Below, one piece after another: positions 15,566-24,502 of a stretch of DNA of 38,963 bases (within the stretch, counting starts at the first letter, position 1; every line of letters starts with the position of its first letter). The stretch is from an uncultured Anaerolineaceae bacterium (GTDB lineage: Bacteria > Chloroflexota > Anaerolineae > Anaerolineales > Villigracilaceae), in assembly GCA_964488755.1 (NCBI GenBank), contig CAZAWS010000001.1:1-38963 (forward strand), in the 5' to 3' direction. The notes under the pieces are model-generated. The model did not search any database, was not told the origin of the DNA, and was given only the letters and a program-made list of their open reading frames with translations. A program made the translations under genes and the position numbers.

Positions 15566-18287
15566 TTTTCTTCTCTGTATCTAACCATATTTTTGTTTCA
15601 GCACTACCAAGTGCTTTGTGTAATTCTCTAGTAGCGGCTTTTAGTACACTTTCTATATTGAGTGTTTCTCGCATTTTGGCAGATGCCGCACCGATAACAC
15701 GCTCACGTGCTACGCGGCGTTGACTTTGGTCAAAGAGTCGTGCGCTTTCGAGTGAGATGCTAACTTGTTCGGCTAAGGTTTTTGCTAATGCCAACTCTTC
15801 TTTTGTCCAGTGGCCTTTTTCTTTTTCTTTGCGTAGCTTTACACCACCTAAGACATGTCCGTGAATCTTTATGGGGAGTGTTACGGTTAGCTCATCATCT
15901 TGGATGGTTGTTTTACTTTGATGCGTTGATGCACTTTCTGTTTTTTCAAGCGGATAAACGCTGTTCGGGGCATCAGAGAGATAGTGAGGGATATTCGTTT
16001 GGTGGAGCAAGGCAGTCCAATCTTCTTGGCTTAATTGCCCGTAGGCTTTGCGTTCTGCTTTGAGAGCCACTTCACTTTTGGTAAAGAGTTCTGCGTTATC
16101 AAGGGCAATTGCGATTTGGTCTGCCATTGTTTGTAATGTGGCGATGATTTCTGGTGTAAAGGCTGATTCTTCACTGCTCTGAATTGTCAGTGCGCCAAGC
16201 ACGCGTCCCCGAGAGCGAAGCGGGAGTGCACCTTCGGAGCGGGTTTCTGGTAAAGTTGGGTTGTCGAAGCGAGTTGCGTCCTCGCCTACGTCTAGGGCTA
16301 TCCGAGATTGGGCATTTTCTATGCTCCAGCCGATCATACCTTCGCCAATTTTGAGTTTGTGCTTGCGTGCTAACATTATTTTTCCTGCTTCACCTGTACC
16401 AGCTTCTAAGTTTGCCCATTTGTTTTTGTTGTCGACAAGGAAAAGCCCAACATAATATAGGTTGAAGCGTGCTTTGATTAACCCTACGACTTCTTCTATT
16501 AGTTTGGTGGTATTTGTTATAGAGGCAATTCTTTGGCTAACCTCTACAGAGCTTTCGAGGTATGTGGCTTGAGCTTCAAGTTTTTGGGTGCGTTCAGCAA
16601 TAATGTCATCTTGGTTTTTTAGGGTCGTGTCAAGATCTTTAGCTAGGGTATTTAGTGTGGATCCAAGCTTTCCTAGTTCATCTGGTGGGAGATTTTCAAC
16701 ACGAGCAGAGAGATTTCCTGCGATTTGCTTTTCTGCAATTGCAGTGAGATTTTGGACAGGACGTAATACTACATAAGTGATTGCACCGCTTAAAATAATT
16801 AGGCCAATAAATGCTAATAGGGCGGCGGGGATTAAAACAGCGCGTCTACTCTGGTTGATTGTCTCTAACGTTTTTGCTCGGGGCTGGATGATTTCTACAA
16901 TGCCAATCACTCGTCCTTCGTAAGCCAACATGGGAGCAATAAGTACAGCGTATTCTTCGTTTTCAAGAGAGATAAATACTATTTCTGGTATTTGTGTTTC
17001 TAAAACACGGTTATATACATCGGGAGAAATAGAAAGCGAAATTAAATCTTCATTCGAGCTGGCATAATGAGAAAGTTCTGCTGTAGGTGTTTCGTAGTCA
17101 AAATAATGTTTTAATCCTGAAATTTGTGCAGCTTCGTAAGTTATCCATAGGTTATAGTCTGCTGTGGTACGCGCTGCCAAATTATCTACAAAGGTTTGAT
17201 CGTAATCTAAGCCTACTTCAATCATGCCTATGAACTCGCCATCTCTCCAGAGTGGTGAAATGCTACGCACGCCTATACGATCGGTACCAACTTCTACCCC
17301 AGCTACAGTTTCTTGTGTTTCTAAAGCGGTGGCGGCGGTATAACGGTAAGTAATATCATCGCCAAATCTGTTTTTATTATGAACACGAAGAAAAACTGTG
17401 CCATCAGGATTTTCAATATAGAGATGCCGGATATTATTTTCCTCTTTTAGCGTTTCAAAAATCGGAGAGAGGAGTGCGTATAAAGCAGTTCTGTCTTTAG
17501 CAAGATATAAGTCTTTGATATCGTCTCTGTCGGCATAACTTAAAGAAAGAGCGGATGATGCAAGAGCTTGACTATCTGTATAGTTGTTATAGGATTCGTA
17601 AAGAAATTCGAGATGCTTTATTTCTGCTGTTTCACTGAGTTCTCTGGAAATACGTAAATTTATACCAGTTTGGAAGAAAACAACGATACTAATTACTATA
17701 AATATGATGGAAAGTAGCTTCGGTCTGATGTGTCTATACCACACTTGCCATAGAAGCAAAACAAAGAAGGCTAAGCCCATTATGCCAATAATGAAAGGGG
17801 CAAAACGCTCAAGCCCGCTTGTTCCTAATTGGAAGGGTGGGTTCAGTACATCTGCTAGTACGGAAATTGTTATGGCAGTGCTTCCCACCCATATAGCCAA
17901 AGAGCGAGTTTTTTGTGGAAGTATCCAGCGATAGAAAAAGAAGGAAGTAAGGAGAATATGTACAGAAGCAATGAGAGAAAAATCTTGGAGGATAATTGAG
18001 GTTATTGTGGGAGGCAGGATATTGATGAGATACATCAATGCAGTACCAAATATATAGCGTCCTTGACGAATTAAAGCGATGCCTATAAAGCCTGAAATCC
18101 AAGCAAAGCCAGTTATGATCATTAATAGAGAATCTGTCCAATAAAAATAACCTTGTTGAATAACTATATAGATAGAAAAACCAAAGAATATCAAATAGAC
18201 AATGCTACCGACAAGCCCTGTCCAAATTCCAAGGCGGGGATTTTTTTCTTCTTGAGAAGGAGGAGGTGATGCTAAATTATCGTTCAT
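15558..18287 (-). CDS. Membrane-anchored GAF sensor paralogue P5 (long class: polytopic TM, Cache_3/Cache_2-like domain, TM, HAMP, GAF, tail)
   Basis: The extracytoplasmic stretch 'IRHLYIENPDGTVFLRVHNKNRFGDDITY' resembles the Cache_3-Cache_2 motif. The HAMP is 'RPVQNLTAIAEKQIAGNLSARVENLPPDELGKLGSTLNTLAKDL'. The GAF is 'LYYVGLFLVDNKNKWANLEAGTGEAGKIML...GMIGWSIE...LPETRSEGALPLRSRGRVLGALTIQS'. The ORF-track start at 18329 is a TTG. The ATG at 18285-18287 forms an ATGA overlap with the P6 stop and is preferred. Confidence 0.92.
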   Translation of the reverse strand: MNDNLASPPPSQEEKNPRLGIWTGLVGSIVYLIFFGFSIYIVIQQGYFYWTDSLLMIITGFAWISGFIGIALIRQGRYIFGTALMYLINILPPTITSIILQDFSLIASVHILLTSFFFYRWILPQKTRSLAIWVGSTAITISVLADVLNPPFQLGTSGLERFAPFIIGIMGLAFFVLLLWQVWYRHIRPKLLSIIFIVISIVVFFQTGINLRISRELSETAEIKHLEFLYESYNNYTDSQALASSALSLSYADRDDIKDLYLAKDRTALYALLSPIFETLKEENNIRHLYIENPDGTVFLRVHNKNRFGDDITYRYTAATALETQETVAGVEVGTDRIGVRSISPLWRDGEFIGMIEVGLDYDQTFVDNLAARTTADYNLWITYEAAQISGLKHYFDYETPTAELSHYASSNEDLISLSISPDVYNRVLETQIPEIVFISLENEEYAVLIAPMLAYEGRVIGIVEIIQPRAKTLETINQSRRAVLIPAALLAFIGLIILSGAITYVVLRPVQNLTAIAEKQIAGNLSARVENLPPDELGKLGSTLNTLAKDLDTTLKNQDDIIAERTQKLEAQATYLESSVEVSQRIASITNTTKLIEEVVGLIKARFNLYYVGLFLVDNKNKWANLEAGTGEAGKIMLARKHKLKIGEGMIGWSIENAQSRIALDVGEDATRFDNPTLPETRSEGALPLRSRGRVLGALTIQSSEESAFTPEIIATLQTMADQIAIALDNAELFTKSEVALKAERKAYGQLSQEDWTALLHQTNIPHYLSDAPNSVYPLEKTESASTHQSKTTIQDDELTVTLPIKIHGHVLGGVKLRKEKEKGHWTKEELALAKTLAEQVSISLESARLFDQSQRRVARERVIGAASAKMRETLNIESVLKAATRELHKALGSAETKIWLDTEKKND

Positions 18288-19957
18288 TCTTTTTCCTCCG
18301 TGCTTTGTCTTTCGTTGGCGTTTAGCCAAACCTCTGCCTCTGAAATTTTTAAGGCATTGCGAAGTTCTTGGGCGGCTATCTTTAAAACCCCTTCAATTTC
18401 AAGTGTTTCTCTCAGGCGGGTTGCTGTTTGCCCGATAATATGCTCTCGCGCTACGCGGCGTTGACTTTGGTCAAAGAGCCGTGCGCTTTCGAGTGCTACA
18501 CTAATTTCTTCTGAGAGTGTTTCTGCTAGTTCGAGCTGCGATTTTGTCCAGACACCGCGTTTGGGGGATTTGTGTAATTTTATGCCGCCAAGAATGGTGC
18601 CGCGCATTTTTATGGGGACGATAGCTGTATAGCCATTATCTTCTAAAATAAGATGCTCTTGTGGGGTTTCATTTATAATAGCTTCTTTTGATATATGCAC
18701 TTTATCTAAGGAATCAGCAGTATATTTAGGCAGTTTTTTGTTTTGCAATAAGGTGACCCAATCTTCTTGGCGTAATTGCCCGTAGGCTTTTCGTTCAGCT
18801 TCTAAGGCAAGTTCGCTTTTTTCAAACAGCATGGCATTATCTAATGCTATTGCAACTTGGTCTGTCATTATCTGGAGCGTGGTAATAATTTCATTGGTAA
18901 AAGCTACGGGTTGGGTACTCTGTATGGTGAGGGCACCCAAGACGCGCCCACGCGAGCGAAGCGGAATTGCTCCTTCGGAGCGGGTTTTTGGCAAATAAGG
19001 ATTTTCAAAATGGACGGCATCCTCGCCTACATCCAAAGCAATTCGAGATTGTGCGTTTTCAATAGACCAGCCAATCATCCCTGATCCAATTTTAAGGCGA
19101 TGTTTTGCCTTAAGCATTTCTTTGCCCGCTTCTCCCGTTCCAGATTTTAAGATTGCCCATTTATTTGTCTCATCCACAAGAAAGAGACCCACATAATATA
19201 AATTGAACTTCTCTTGAATAAGTTGCACAATTTTTGAAATTAATATATTGGTATCTGTAACTGAAGCAATGCTTCGGCTAATCTCAGCAGAGGTTTCTAA
19301 ATATGAAGCTCGTTCCGCCAATGCCGATGCTCTTTGTTCTAGCTCTATTTCTAGCCCAAGATTTTTTTGGGCTAGCTCGGTTTCATGCTGGGCGTTTTTG
19401 AGTGCTTCATTTAATTTTTTTATAGCAAGGTTTAAAACAATAGCCGCTAATAAAGATGCCGCGGCAAAAATAATTGCAGGTTGTGCGCTGGGGGTATAGG
19501 TAGGAGCGGGGAGTTTTCCCGTGTTTTCTGCCCAAAGTAGAGCAAAAACAATCAAGGTATTGAGCGTGCTTGTAACATACATAGCATTGCGGCTAATAAT
19601 TACGCCGCTAATAATGCTTAGAAGAATGTAAAAAGAAAGAGAAGAAACCCTAATTGTTCCTCCCGCAGCAATCGCTGCGGTCAAGATGATTGTGACGATT
19701 GTTATGAGCGAGTATGTGGCTGGTTTTAGATAGCCCAATTTCAAAATAATATGTATAAAAAAGAATAAAAAGAAAAGAATAACAACAGGAATGACCATTG
19801 CCATTATTGCGTTGCCAATTATGAAAGCTATAAGAATAAGAAGAATCAACAAATAACCATTTACCAAAATGGTATTAAGCAATTCTGCTGAACGAGTTTT
19901 TTCTTCATCATCTTCAAATATAGGCGCAGAAAAGAAGTTTTTGATTGAATTAAGCAT
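18284..19957 (-). CDS. Membrane-anchored GAF sensor paralogue P6 (short class)
   Basis: The GAF is 'LYYVGLFLVDETNKWAILKSGTGEAGKEML...GMIGWSIE...LPKTRSEGAIPLRSRGRVLGALTIQS'. The tail is 'VPIKMRGTILGGIKL...ALESARLFDQSQRRVAREHIIGQTATRLRETLEIEGVLKIAAQELRNAL'. The ATG at 19955-19957 gives 'MLNSIKNFFSAPIFEDDEEK', matching the P1/P2 N-termini. It has GGAG 10 nt upstream and an 8-nt overlap (ATGCTTAA) with the P7 stop. The track start at 19990 adds 11 non-conserved residues. Confidence 0.92.
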   Translation of the reverse strand: MLNSIKNFFSAPIFEDDEEKTRSAELLNTILVNGYLLILLILIAFIIGNAIMAMVIPVVILFFLFFFIHIILKLGYLKPATYSLITIVTIILTAAIAAGGTIRVSSLSFYILLSIISGVIISRNAMYVTSTLNTLIVFALLWAENTGKLPAPTYTPSAQPAIIFAAASLLAAIVLNLAIKKLNEALKNAQHETELAQKNLGLEIELEQRASALAERASYLETSAEISRSIASVTDTNILISKIVQLIQEKFNLYYVGLFLVDETNKWAILKSGTGEAGKEMLKAKHRLKIGSGMIGWSIENAQSRIALDVGEDAVHFENPYLPKTRSEGAIPLRSRGRVLGALTIQSTQPVAFTNEIITTLQIMTDQVAIALDNAMLFEKSELALEAERKAYGQLRQEDWVTLLQNKKLPKYTADSLDKVHISKEAIINETPQEHLILEDNGYTAIVPIKMRGTILGGIKLHKSPKRGVWTKSQLELAETLSEEISVALESARLFDQSQRRVAREHIIGQTATRLRETLEIEGVLKIAAQELRNALKISEAEVWLNANERQSTEEKE

Positions 19958-21569
19958 TGTTTTCTTTCTCCTCGCCCTCATAATTTTCATAAAGCCAAAT
20001 TTCGCTTTTATCTATATCTAAATTCCTTCTCAACTCTTGTACGGCTGTTTTTAATACTTTTTCGATATCCAAGTTTTCTCGTACTCGGCTTGAAGTTTTG
20101 GCAATAATTTCTTCTCTTTTAGCGCGCTCTTGCGCCTCTTGATAAAGCCGTGCACTATCTATAGCGGTTTCTAAACGAGAAGCTAAAATACTTAATAACT
20201 CTTTCTCTGCGGCAGTCCAAACCCTGTTTTTAGCTTTACGGGCATCAATATGCCCAATAATTTTGCCGCGCACTTTAATAGGGACTGCCTCAGTTTCGGC
20301 TTTTTCTTCTTGTGGCGTATAGGTCTCTGAAGGCATATGGCTTAAGCCTGCGGAATCTCGTCTATAACTTCCATACGATTGTTCTGCAATAAATTCTCGC
20401 CAAGCTCTTTGAGCAATTTCGCCATAAGCGCGGCGTTCGGTCTCTAAAGCACTTTCTTTTTGAGCCAATAAAATGGCATTTTCAAGCAAAACGGCAATAT
20501 GGTTGGCAAGCATTTGCAAAACAGAAATTCGTTCTGCGCCAAAAGCCTGTAAGTCATTGCTTTCTAAGAAAAGAGCACCGATTGTTTTTTCTTGTCCCTG
20601 CATAGGGATTGCGAGATAAACCTGATTTTCATCGTCTGGATTAAGATTTGTTTCTGCGTATGCTTTTTTGTCGGAGATAGCTCTGTTGAGCAATTGATTT
20701 TCTTTGGACGAGAGCGATTCACGCGTGTTTTGGGCTTGGGATGCCCTTTTTTGACGGGATGCCTGATAAAGGGCATCTTCTGCATCAAAAAGAAAGACAG
20801 ACGACATGCTCAGCCGTAGCGTATTATTAAAGAGCACAGGCACACGATCAATAATCGTATCGTAATCGGTAAAGATTGCTAATTCTTGGCTGATACTTGC
20901 AAATGCTTCTAAGGTTTTGGAGCGTTTTTCAGCTATATCGTGTTGTTCTTTGAGGGTGATGTTTTGTCGCTCTGCTGTTTCCATCAGACTAAAATTATGT
21001 TCAATTGCTTTATTTAGACTGCTCAAAAGATTAGATGTTGTCAAAGTGATAATAACAGCAACAATAGCTGCCGATATAGCCGTGCCTACCCAAAGAGTGT
21101 TCGCAATAGGACTAAAGGTAGGTGATGGAATAATGTGGGCGTTAAAAAGATACGCTACTAAAGCCCATATTAGTAGAAAAGCAACGCTAAAAATGATACC
21201 AGCTCTTCGCCCTACAAAAACGGTTGCTAAAAATATAGCCAGAAAAAACCAAGCTCTAGAGTCCCCAGCTGTAGAAAAATCTAAAGCAGATTGAATACCA
21301 ACAATAAAAATAATTATGGCTAGTATTGTGGCTCGCACTTTAGGAGAGAGGCGTGGGTAGTAAGCGGCAAAGAGAAGAGATACAAGAATTACTGTGTATC
21401 CTACAAGTGTAAGTATGTCTAAAGACGCGTAGTTAGCCGCCCAATTAGCAATATAGGCAATGACCGCGGCTATGCTGATAATCCTGGTTAAGAAATTGAT
21501 GTTTTTTTCTCGCCAAGCTTGCAAGGTATTTGTGTTTTTGGGGGGACGGGATGTTGAGAAATTTGTCAT
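19950..21569 (-). CDS. Membrane-anchored GAF-like sensor paralogue P7 (short class, divergent first GAF)
   Basis: 539 aa with a polytopic N-terminus. The first GAF-like region, 'LSMSSVFLFDAEDALYQASRQ...YLAIPMQGQEKTIGALFLESND...LANHIAVLLENA', lacks the family 'LPxT[RH]SE' and 'G[IM][IV]G' motifs. The tail is fully conserved: 'VPIKVRGKIIGHIDA...AIDSARLYQEAQERAKREEIIAKTSSRVRENLDIEKVLKTAVQELRRNL'. An ATGA overlap joins it to the P8 stop. Confidence 0.9.
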   Translation of the reverse strand: MTNFSTSRPPKNTNTLQAWREKNINFLTRIISIAAVIAYIANWAANYASLDILTLVGYTVILVSLLFAAYYPRLSPKVRATILAIIIFIVGIQSALDFSTAGDSRAWFFLAIFLATVFVGRRAGIIFSVAFLLIWALVAYLFNAHIIPSPTFSPIANTLWVGTAISAAIVAVIITLTTSNLLSSLNKAIEHNFSLMETAERQNITLKEQHDIAEKRSKTLEAFASISQELAIFTDYDTIIDRVPVLFNNTLRLSMSSVFLFDAEDALYQASRQKRASQAQNTRESLSSKENQLLNRAISDKKAYAETNLNPDDENQVYLAIPMQGQEKTIGALFLESNDLQAFGAERISVLQMLANHIAVLLENAILLAQKESALETERRAYGEIAQRAWREFIAEQSYGSYRRDSAGLSHMPSETYTPQEEKAETEAVPIKVRGKIIGHIDARKAKNRVWTAAEKELLSILASRLETAIDSARLYQEAQERAKREEIIAKTSSRVRENLDIEKVLKTAVQELRRNLDIDKSEIWLYENYEGEEKENNA

Positions 21570-24487
21570 TTTCTTTTCTCCTCATCACGCTCATCAGCAT
21601 TTAGATGGATAGAAAGTTCTTCTAAATCAAGCAATTTATAAAGTTCCTCTGTTGCTAAGCGAATTACTGATTCTACATTCATGGTTTCTCTCATTCGGTT
21701 AGAAATTTCGCCGACAACACGTTCGCGGTCTGCTTGTTTCTTTGTTTCATCAAAAAGGCGTGCGCTATCCATGGCTCTGCTTATTTCGGCTGTTAGCTTT
21801 CTTGCTAAGCTTAGGTCTTTTTGATTCCACTTAAGATCATGTTCTGATTTCGAGAGTTGAATGGCACCTACAGATTCTCCGCGTACCATAATGGGGATGT
21901 TGGCAACGAGATCGTTTTCATTGAGCAATACTTGGTTTTCTTGCATCGCCTGCTCAAGTTTTTGGTCAGCCTCTGTTACAAGTGGATAGATACTGCCATC
22001 GGCACTACTTCTGTAACCATAATTGGTTGATTGGTGAATAAGTTCTTTCCAGCCAAGTTGGCTTTGTTCTCCATAAGCACGCTGGGCTGTTGCGAGGGCT
22101 TTTTGGGATTCATCGAAGAGACGGGCATTTTCGATGGCTATTGCTATTTGATCGGCTAAAACTTGCAAAGAGACAATATCTGCTTCGTTAAAGGCTTCAC
22201 TTTCTATGCTTTGAATATCGAGCGCACCAAAAATTTTGCCACCTGCGGTGAGTGGGAGTGCCATTTCGGAGCGGGTGTCGGGGAGCAGGGGGTTGTTGAA
22301 GTAAGCGGCATCATGCCCAACGTCAAGGGCGATGCGGGCTTCTCCTGTCGCAGTGACGTAGCCGACAATCCCTTCTGCGCCTACTTCTAATTTATGCGCG
22401 CGGGCTAACATTCTACGTCCACCTTTGCTATTTGCGGCTTTGAGGATGGCGTATTTTCCGTAGGAATCAACGAGAAAGATGCCAGCATGATAGAAACCAA
22501 ATTCCGCGCTAATTAGGTTGGTGGTTTGTGCAAGTAGTTCGTCTAGGTTACGTAAAGATGCGGCTGCTTTGCCAACTTCAACTGCGGCACGAAGTTGGCG
22601 GGTATTTCGCTCTAAGGCTTGGGTGCGTTCGGCGATGCGAGTTTCTAATGTGGTTACGAGGGTGTCTATTTGGTCTGCCATACTGTTGAAGGCGTAACCA
22701 AGTATACCTATTTCATCTTCTGTACCAATATCAGCACGAGCGTCTAGGTTTCCCTGTGCTACTTGATTGGCGGTGTCTGTGAGGCGTACAAGTGGGGAGA
22801 TGAGGTATTGACTTCCATAATAAGCCGAAACTGCCGCGGCGATGGCGATAAGAACGGCTAAGAATATATTTATATTACTTTGTTGGGAGATATAGGCGTT
22901 GTAATTGTCGAGGTCTTGAGATACAACTACGATCCAAGAGAGGGATTCTTCTTCAACATCGGCAGTTGCTATTATGTCTAGGGGAGTATTGGAGTGAACT
23001 TCTCGCGGGAAGGCTTGGGCTTCAAAAACGGGGTCGGTGTGGCGGTTGCGCAAGTGCTCGTCAAAATTGGGGACATCTAATGAAAGCTGGGCAGTGCTTC
23101 CAACGGGAAGGATATGGGCTATTTGTAGGGGAGTGATTACATTTGTAGTTAAGGGCGTTATAGATGTCAAGTTTAGGTCTATATCTTGGCTATTTGCGGC
23201 AATGATATAAACAGATGCAGGGTCTTCGGGGTCTATAGCTTGTTTGCTGACATTTTGCTCTGCAAGCAATGCCGCAAAAACGGTTTTATTGCCGCTCCCC
23301 TCTATTTCTATATAGTTGTTAATATATTTTTCTATGGCAGATATACTATATTTTGCACGAAGAACACCTATTGCTTCACCTGTAGTTTTGTGGAAAATAG
23401 GTGCGCTAAAATAGATAAAAAGATTATTGGTGCTGTCTCTGCTGATATCCGAAACAAAGGGTGCTCCGGTTTCTATGGCTTGTACAAAATAATCTGTGTC
23501 ACCTTCATTGTTGCCACGATTTTCTAAAAATGTATCTAGCACATTTTTGCCGGATATATCTAAAATTGCGTAGGAGTTAATATTCGCAATATCTTTTCGC
23601 CTTATTGAGCGAAGGCTGTCTAGCGTGTTATTCTCTAATTCGCTGTGTTCAAGATCTCGAACACCTTCAAGGGATGATAGATATTCAGAAAAAAGTGGAT
23701 TTTGACCGTCTGCGTTGATTATGGTTTTTGTAGATTGAAGAAAGACGTTTATATCATCTGCGAGAAAAGTGGCTTTTATGCGCATTTCATCATCTAAGCG
23801 GGGGCTTAAAGTTGCTTTTAAAGATCTAGTTCCAGCTACACTTAGAAGAACGCTGGGAAGAACAACAAAGAAAATGATTACAATTGTGATTTTAGGTGAA
23901 ATCAGTAGATATTGTCTCTGTAAATAGAGCGCAACTAGATAAATGAACGCAACAGCGATTACCAATACTGTGGTTGCCCTTACCAATAGTTCTGCATTTT
24001 CAGCTAACTGACGATAAATAGCTAGAGATGATGAGGCGGCAAGGATGTCGAAAACAAGATAAAAAGAGCTAAGAAGAAGCCCTAAGATTAATGTGCGATT
24101 AAAGTATTTCGCTTCTAAAGTTAGCAAACCGATTAGTGGGACGGCAGTAATTGCTAGAAAACCAAGAAGTATACTTAAGCCAGCTGTGAATGCATTGCGA
24201 AACGCTAAAGTGATAGCAAAGGAAATTAGCAGAATCACAATCCCTTTTCTTTTTTCTCCATTTCGTATGACGATCGCACTGACGATAGTCATAATAAAGA
24301 AAAGAAAAACAACAATGGTGTCGGCAAAGGAAATCAACGCTTGCGTTTCCAGACTTATACGAAGAGAAACAATGAAGCTGATCAATGAAGCGACAGTAAA
24401 TAATATAGCCGTAGCAAAGGCATTACGCGTTTGTCTGCTAATCGTCATATCTTCTGGTGTTTGTTGTTTATAATTTTTCTCGCTCAT
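21566..24487 (-). CDS. Membrane-anchored GAF sensor paralogue P8 (long class: polytopic TM, double-Cache-like domain, TM, HAMP, GAF, tail)
   Basis: 973 aa. The Cache-like stretch is 'DTDYFVQAIETGAPFVSDISRDSTNNLFIYFSAPIFHKTTGEAIGVLRAKYSISAI'. The HAMP is 'SPLVRLTDTANQVAQGNLDARADIGTEDEIGILGYAFNSMADQI'. The GAF is 'FYHAGIFLVDSYGKYAILKAANSKGGRRML...GIVGYVTA...LPDTRSEMALPLTAGGKIFGALDIQS'. The tail is 'IPIMVRGESVGAIQL...AMDSARLFDETKKQADRERVVGEISNRMRETMNVESVIRLATEELYKLL'. Confidence 0.93.
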   Translation of the reverse strand: MSEKNYKQQTPEDMTISRQTRNAFATAILFTVASLISFIVSLRISLETQALISFADTIVVFLFFIMTIVSAIVIRNGEKRKGIVILLISFAITLAFRNAFTAGLSILLGFLAITAVPLIGLLTLEAKYFNRTLILGLLLSSFYLVFDILAASSSLAIYRQLAENAELLVRATTVLVIAVAFIYLVALYLQRQYLLISPKITIVIIFFVVLPSVLLSVAGTRSLKATLSPRLDDEMRIKATFLADDINVFLQSTKTIINADGQNPLFSEYLSSLEGVRDLEHSELENNTLDSLRSIRRKDIANINSYAILDISGKNVLDTFLENRGNNEGDTDYFVQAIETGAPFVSDISRDSTNNLFIYFSAPIFHKTTGEAIGVLRAKYSISAIEKYINNYIEIEGSGNKTVFAALLAEQNVSKQAIDPEDPASVYIIAANSQDIDLNLTSITPLTTNVITPLQIAHILPVGSTAQLSLDVPNFDEHLRNRHTDPVFEAQAFPREVHSNTPLDIIATADVEEESLSWIVVVSQDLDNYNAYISQQSNINIFLAVLIAIAAAVSAYYGSQYLISPLVRLTDTANQVAQGNLDARADIGTEDEIGILGYAFNSMADQIDTLVTTLETRIAERTQALERNTRQLRAAVEVGKAAASLRNLDELLAQTTNLISAEFGFYHAGIFLVDSYGKYAILKAANSKGGRRMLARAHKLEVGAEGIVGYVTATGEARIALDVGHDAAYFNNPLLPDTRSEMALPLTAGGKIFGALDIQSIESEAFNEADIVSLQVLADQIAIAIENARLFDESQKALATAQRAYGEQSQLGWKELIHQSTNYGYRSSADGSIYPLVTEADQKLEQAMQENQVLLNENDLVANIPIMVRGESVGAIQLSKSEHDLKWNQKDLSLARKLTAEISRAMDSARLFDETKKQADRERVVGEISNRMRETMNVESVIRLATEELYKLLDLEELSIHLNADERDEEKRK

Positions 24488-24502
24488 GGGCGTTTCCAGT
24501 GC

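Noticed and set aside
18288-18329. The ORF-track N-terminal extension of sensor P5 ('MAKRQRKTKHGGKR') starts at 18329.
   Set aside because: The codon at 18327-18329 is TTG, not ATG. The in-frame ATG at 18285-18287 forms a classic ATGA overlap with the P6 stop, so the extension is probably not translated.
19958-19990. The ORF-track N-terminal extension of sensor P6 ('MKIMRARRKKT').
   Set aside because: Paralogues P1 and P2 begin at the equivalent of Met12 ('MLNSIK...'). The ATG at 19957 has GGAG upstream and gives the same 8-nt overlap seen at two other junctions.
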